A DNA stretch of 64,000 bases, from contig BFEA01000019.1 of NCBI GenBank assembly GCA_003427395.1, forward strand, positions 4,898,671 to 4,962,670, read 5' to 3'. Below, piece after piece: positions 63,317 through 64,000 of the stretch (positions within the stretch are counted from its first letter, which is position 1; each line of letters starts with the position of its first letter). A program made the translations under genes and the position numbers. Source of the stretch: Chara braunii (lineage: Eukaryota; Plantae; Charophyceae). Below the pieces are notes generated by a model. The model was not told the origin of the DNA and ran no database searches. It saw nothing but the letters and a program-made list of their open reading frames with translations.

Positions 63317-63750
63317 TCGCGCGCATCGGTCCTGCACGGGGACCTTCCCTGCCGCGTCACGCAGGATTTGGCAGGACTTGTCGCGGAGAGCGTTTGCCGC
63401 TCCGGCCGAGTGCGCCAGCCGTACCTCTCGCGAGCCCCTACGACAGGACAGGGTCACGCGAGGCACCGCTTACCTCCACCTGCGGGAGCTGTCACCATCC
63501 CTTAGGTGGGCGTATCCCCGCCGAGCTACTGAACCACATGCGAAGGCTTTTCGTATGCAATCGCAGAGGTGGGCCCAGCCGAGGGCATTTTCTCGTCCGC
63601 TGTAGCATAGGGGGTACGCGCGGTCAACGCCCAAAATCGAACCCGCACGCGAATCGACGCACTGGGGGGCTGAGGTCCCAGACGCAAATCGACGCAGTGG
63701 GGGGTTGAGGTCCCAGACGCGACTCGACGTCGGTCGACTAGGACGCACCC
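63317..63750 (+). repeat. GC-rich ~400-bp repeat, copy 3
   Basis: Direct repeat of 61310-61680. Confidence 0.92.
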
Positions 63751-63753
63751 TAG

Positions 63754-64000
63754 ACACCACGCGTTACGTCACAACACTCACACTCACTACGCATAACACA
63801 TGAACACACACGAAACAACCACTACAAACAACACCACGAGCGCGCGATACCTATCTGATTCTTGCTGCATAGAGTTATGAGTCGGATACCGAAGGGACTA
63901 GGAGTATTGTTGCGTCGTGGTGTTGTTTGTAGTGGTTGTTTCGTGTGTGTTCATGTGTTATGCGTAGTGAGTGTGAGTGTTGTGACGTAACGCGTGGTGT
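63754..64000. repeat. Perfect inverted repeat, arms of at least 86 bp around a 75-bp spacer
   Basis: 63754-63839 is the reverse complement of 63915-64000. It may extend beyond the window. Confidence 0.95.

Noticed and set aside
63720-63753. Helitron 3' end (small palindrome then CTAG)
   Set aside because: CTAG is followed by A rather than T and is absent from the 61310-61680 copy.

Overview
This is draft-assembly DNA from a repeat-rich eukaryote, most likely a streptophyte green alga such as Chara. That assignment is an inference from the plant-type SNX1 exon, the plant-mitochondrial tRNA fragments and the TE types. The window contains several N-gaps and three Nextera mate-pair junction adapters. 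The only recognisable host-gene piece is the last coding exon of a sorting nexin 1-like gene (54158-54397, minus). The rest is nested TE debris. It includes two decayed near-full-length Ty3/gypsy chromoviruses in divergent orientation (16625-25083 minus, 27870-36749 plus), further gypsy remnants, a solo LTR, several L1-like LINE remnants, Mutator-like and TTAA-targeting MITEs, a tRNA-headed SINE and a scrambled ~400-bp mitochondrial insertion. The most interesting signals are: (1) a covarying hairpin + H-type pseudoknot + hairpin RNA module at the 3' ends of several divergent LINEs, which also occurs as a short retroposed copy; (2) two decayed type III-topology hammerhead ribozymes in probable Penelope-like ends; (3) an AT-hook-like RGRP motif inside the integrase chromodomain of two gypsy families; (4) a canonical -1 frameshift cassette at the gag-pol junction; (5) MITEs whose TTAA duplication is supported by an empty-site paralogue in this window. 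All alignments and folds were done by eye.
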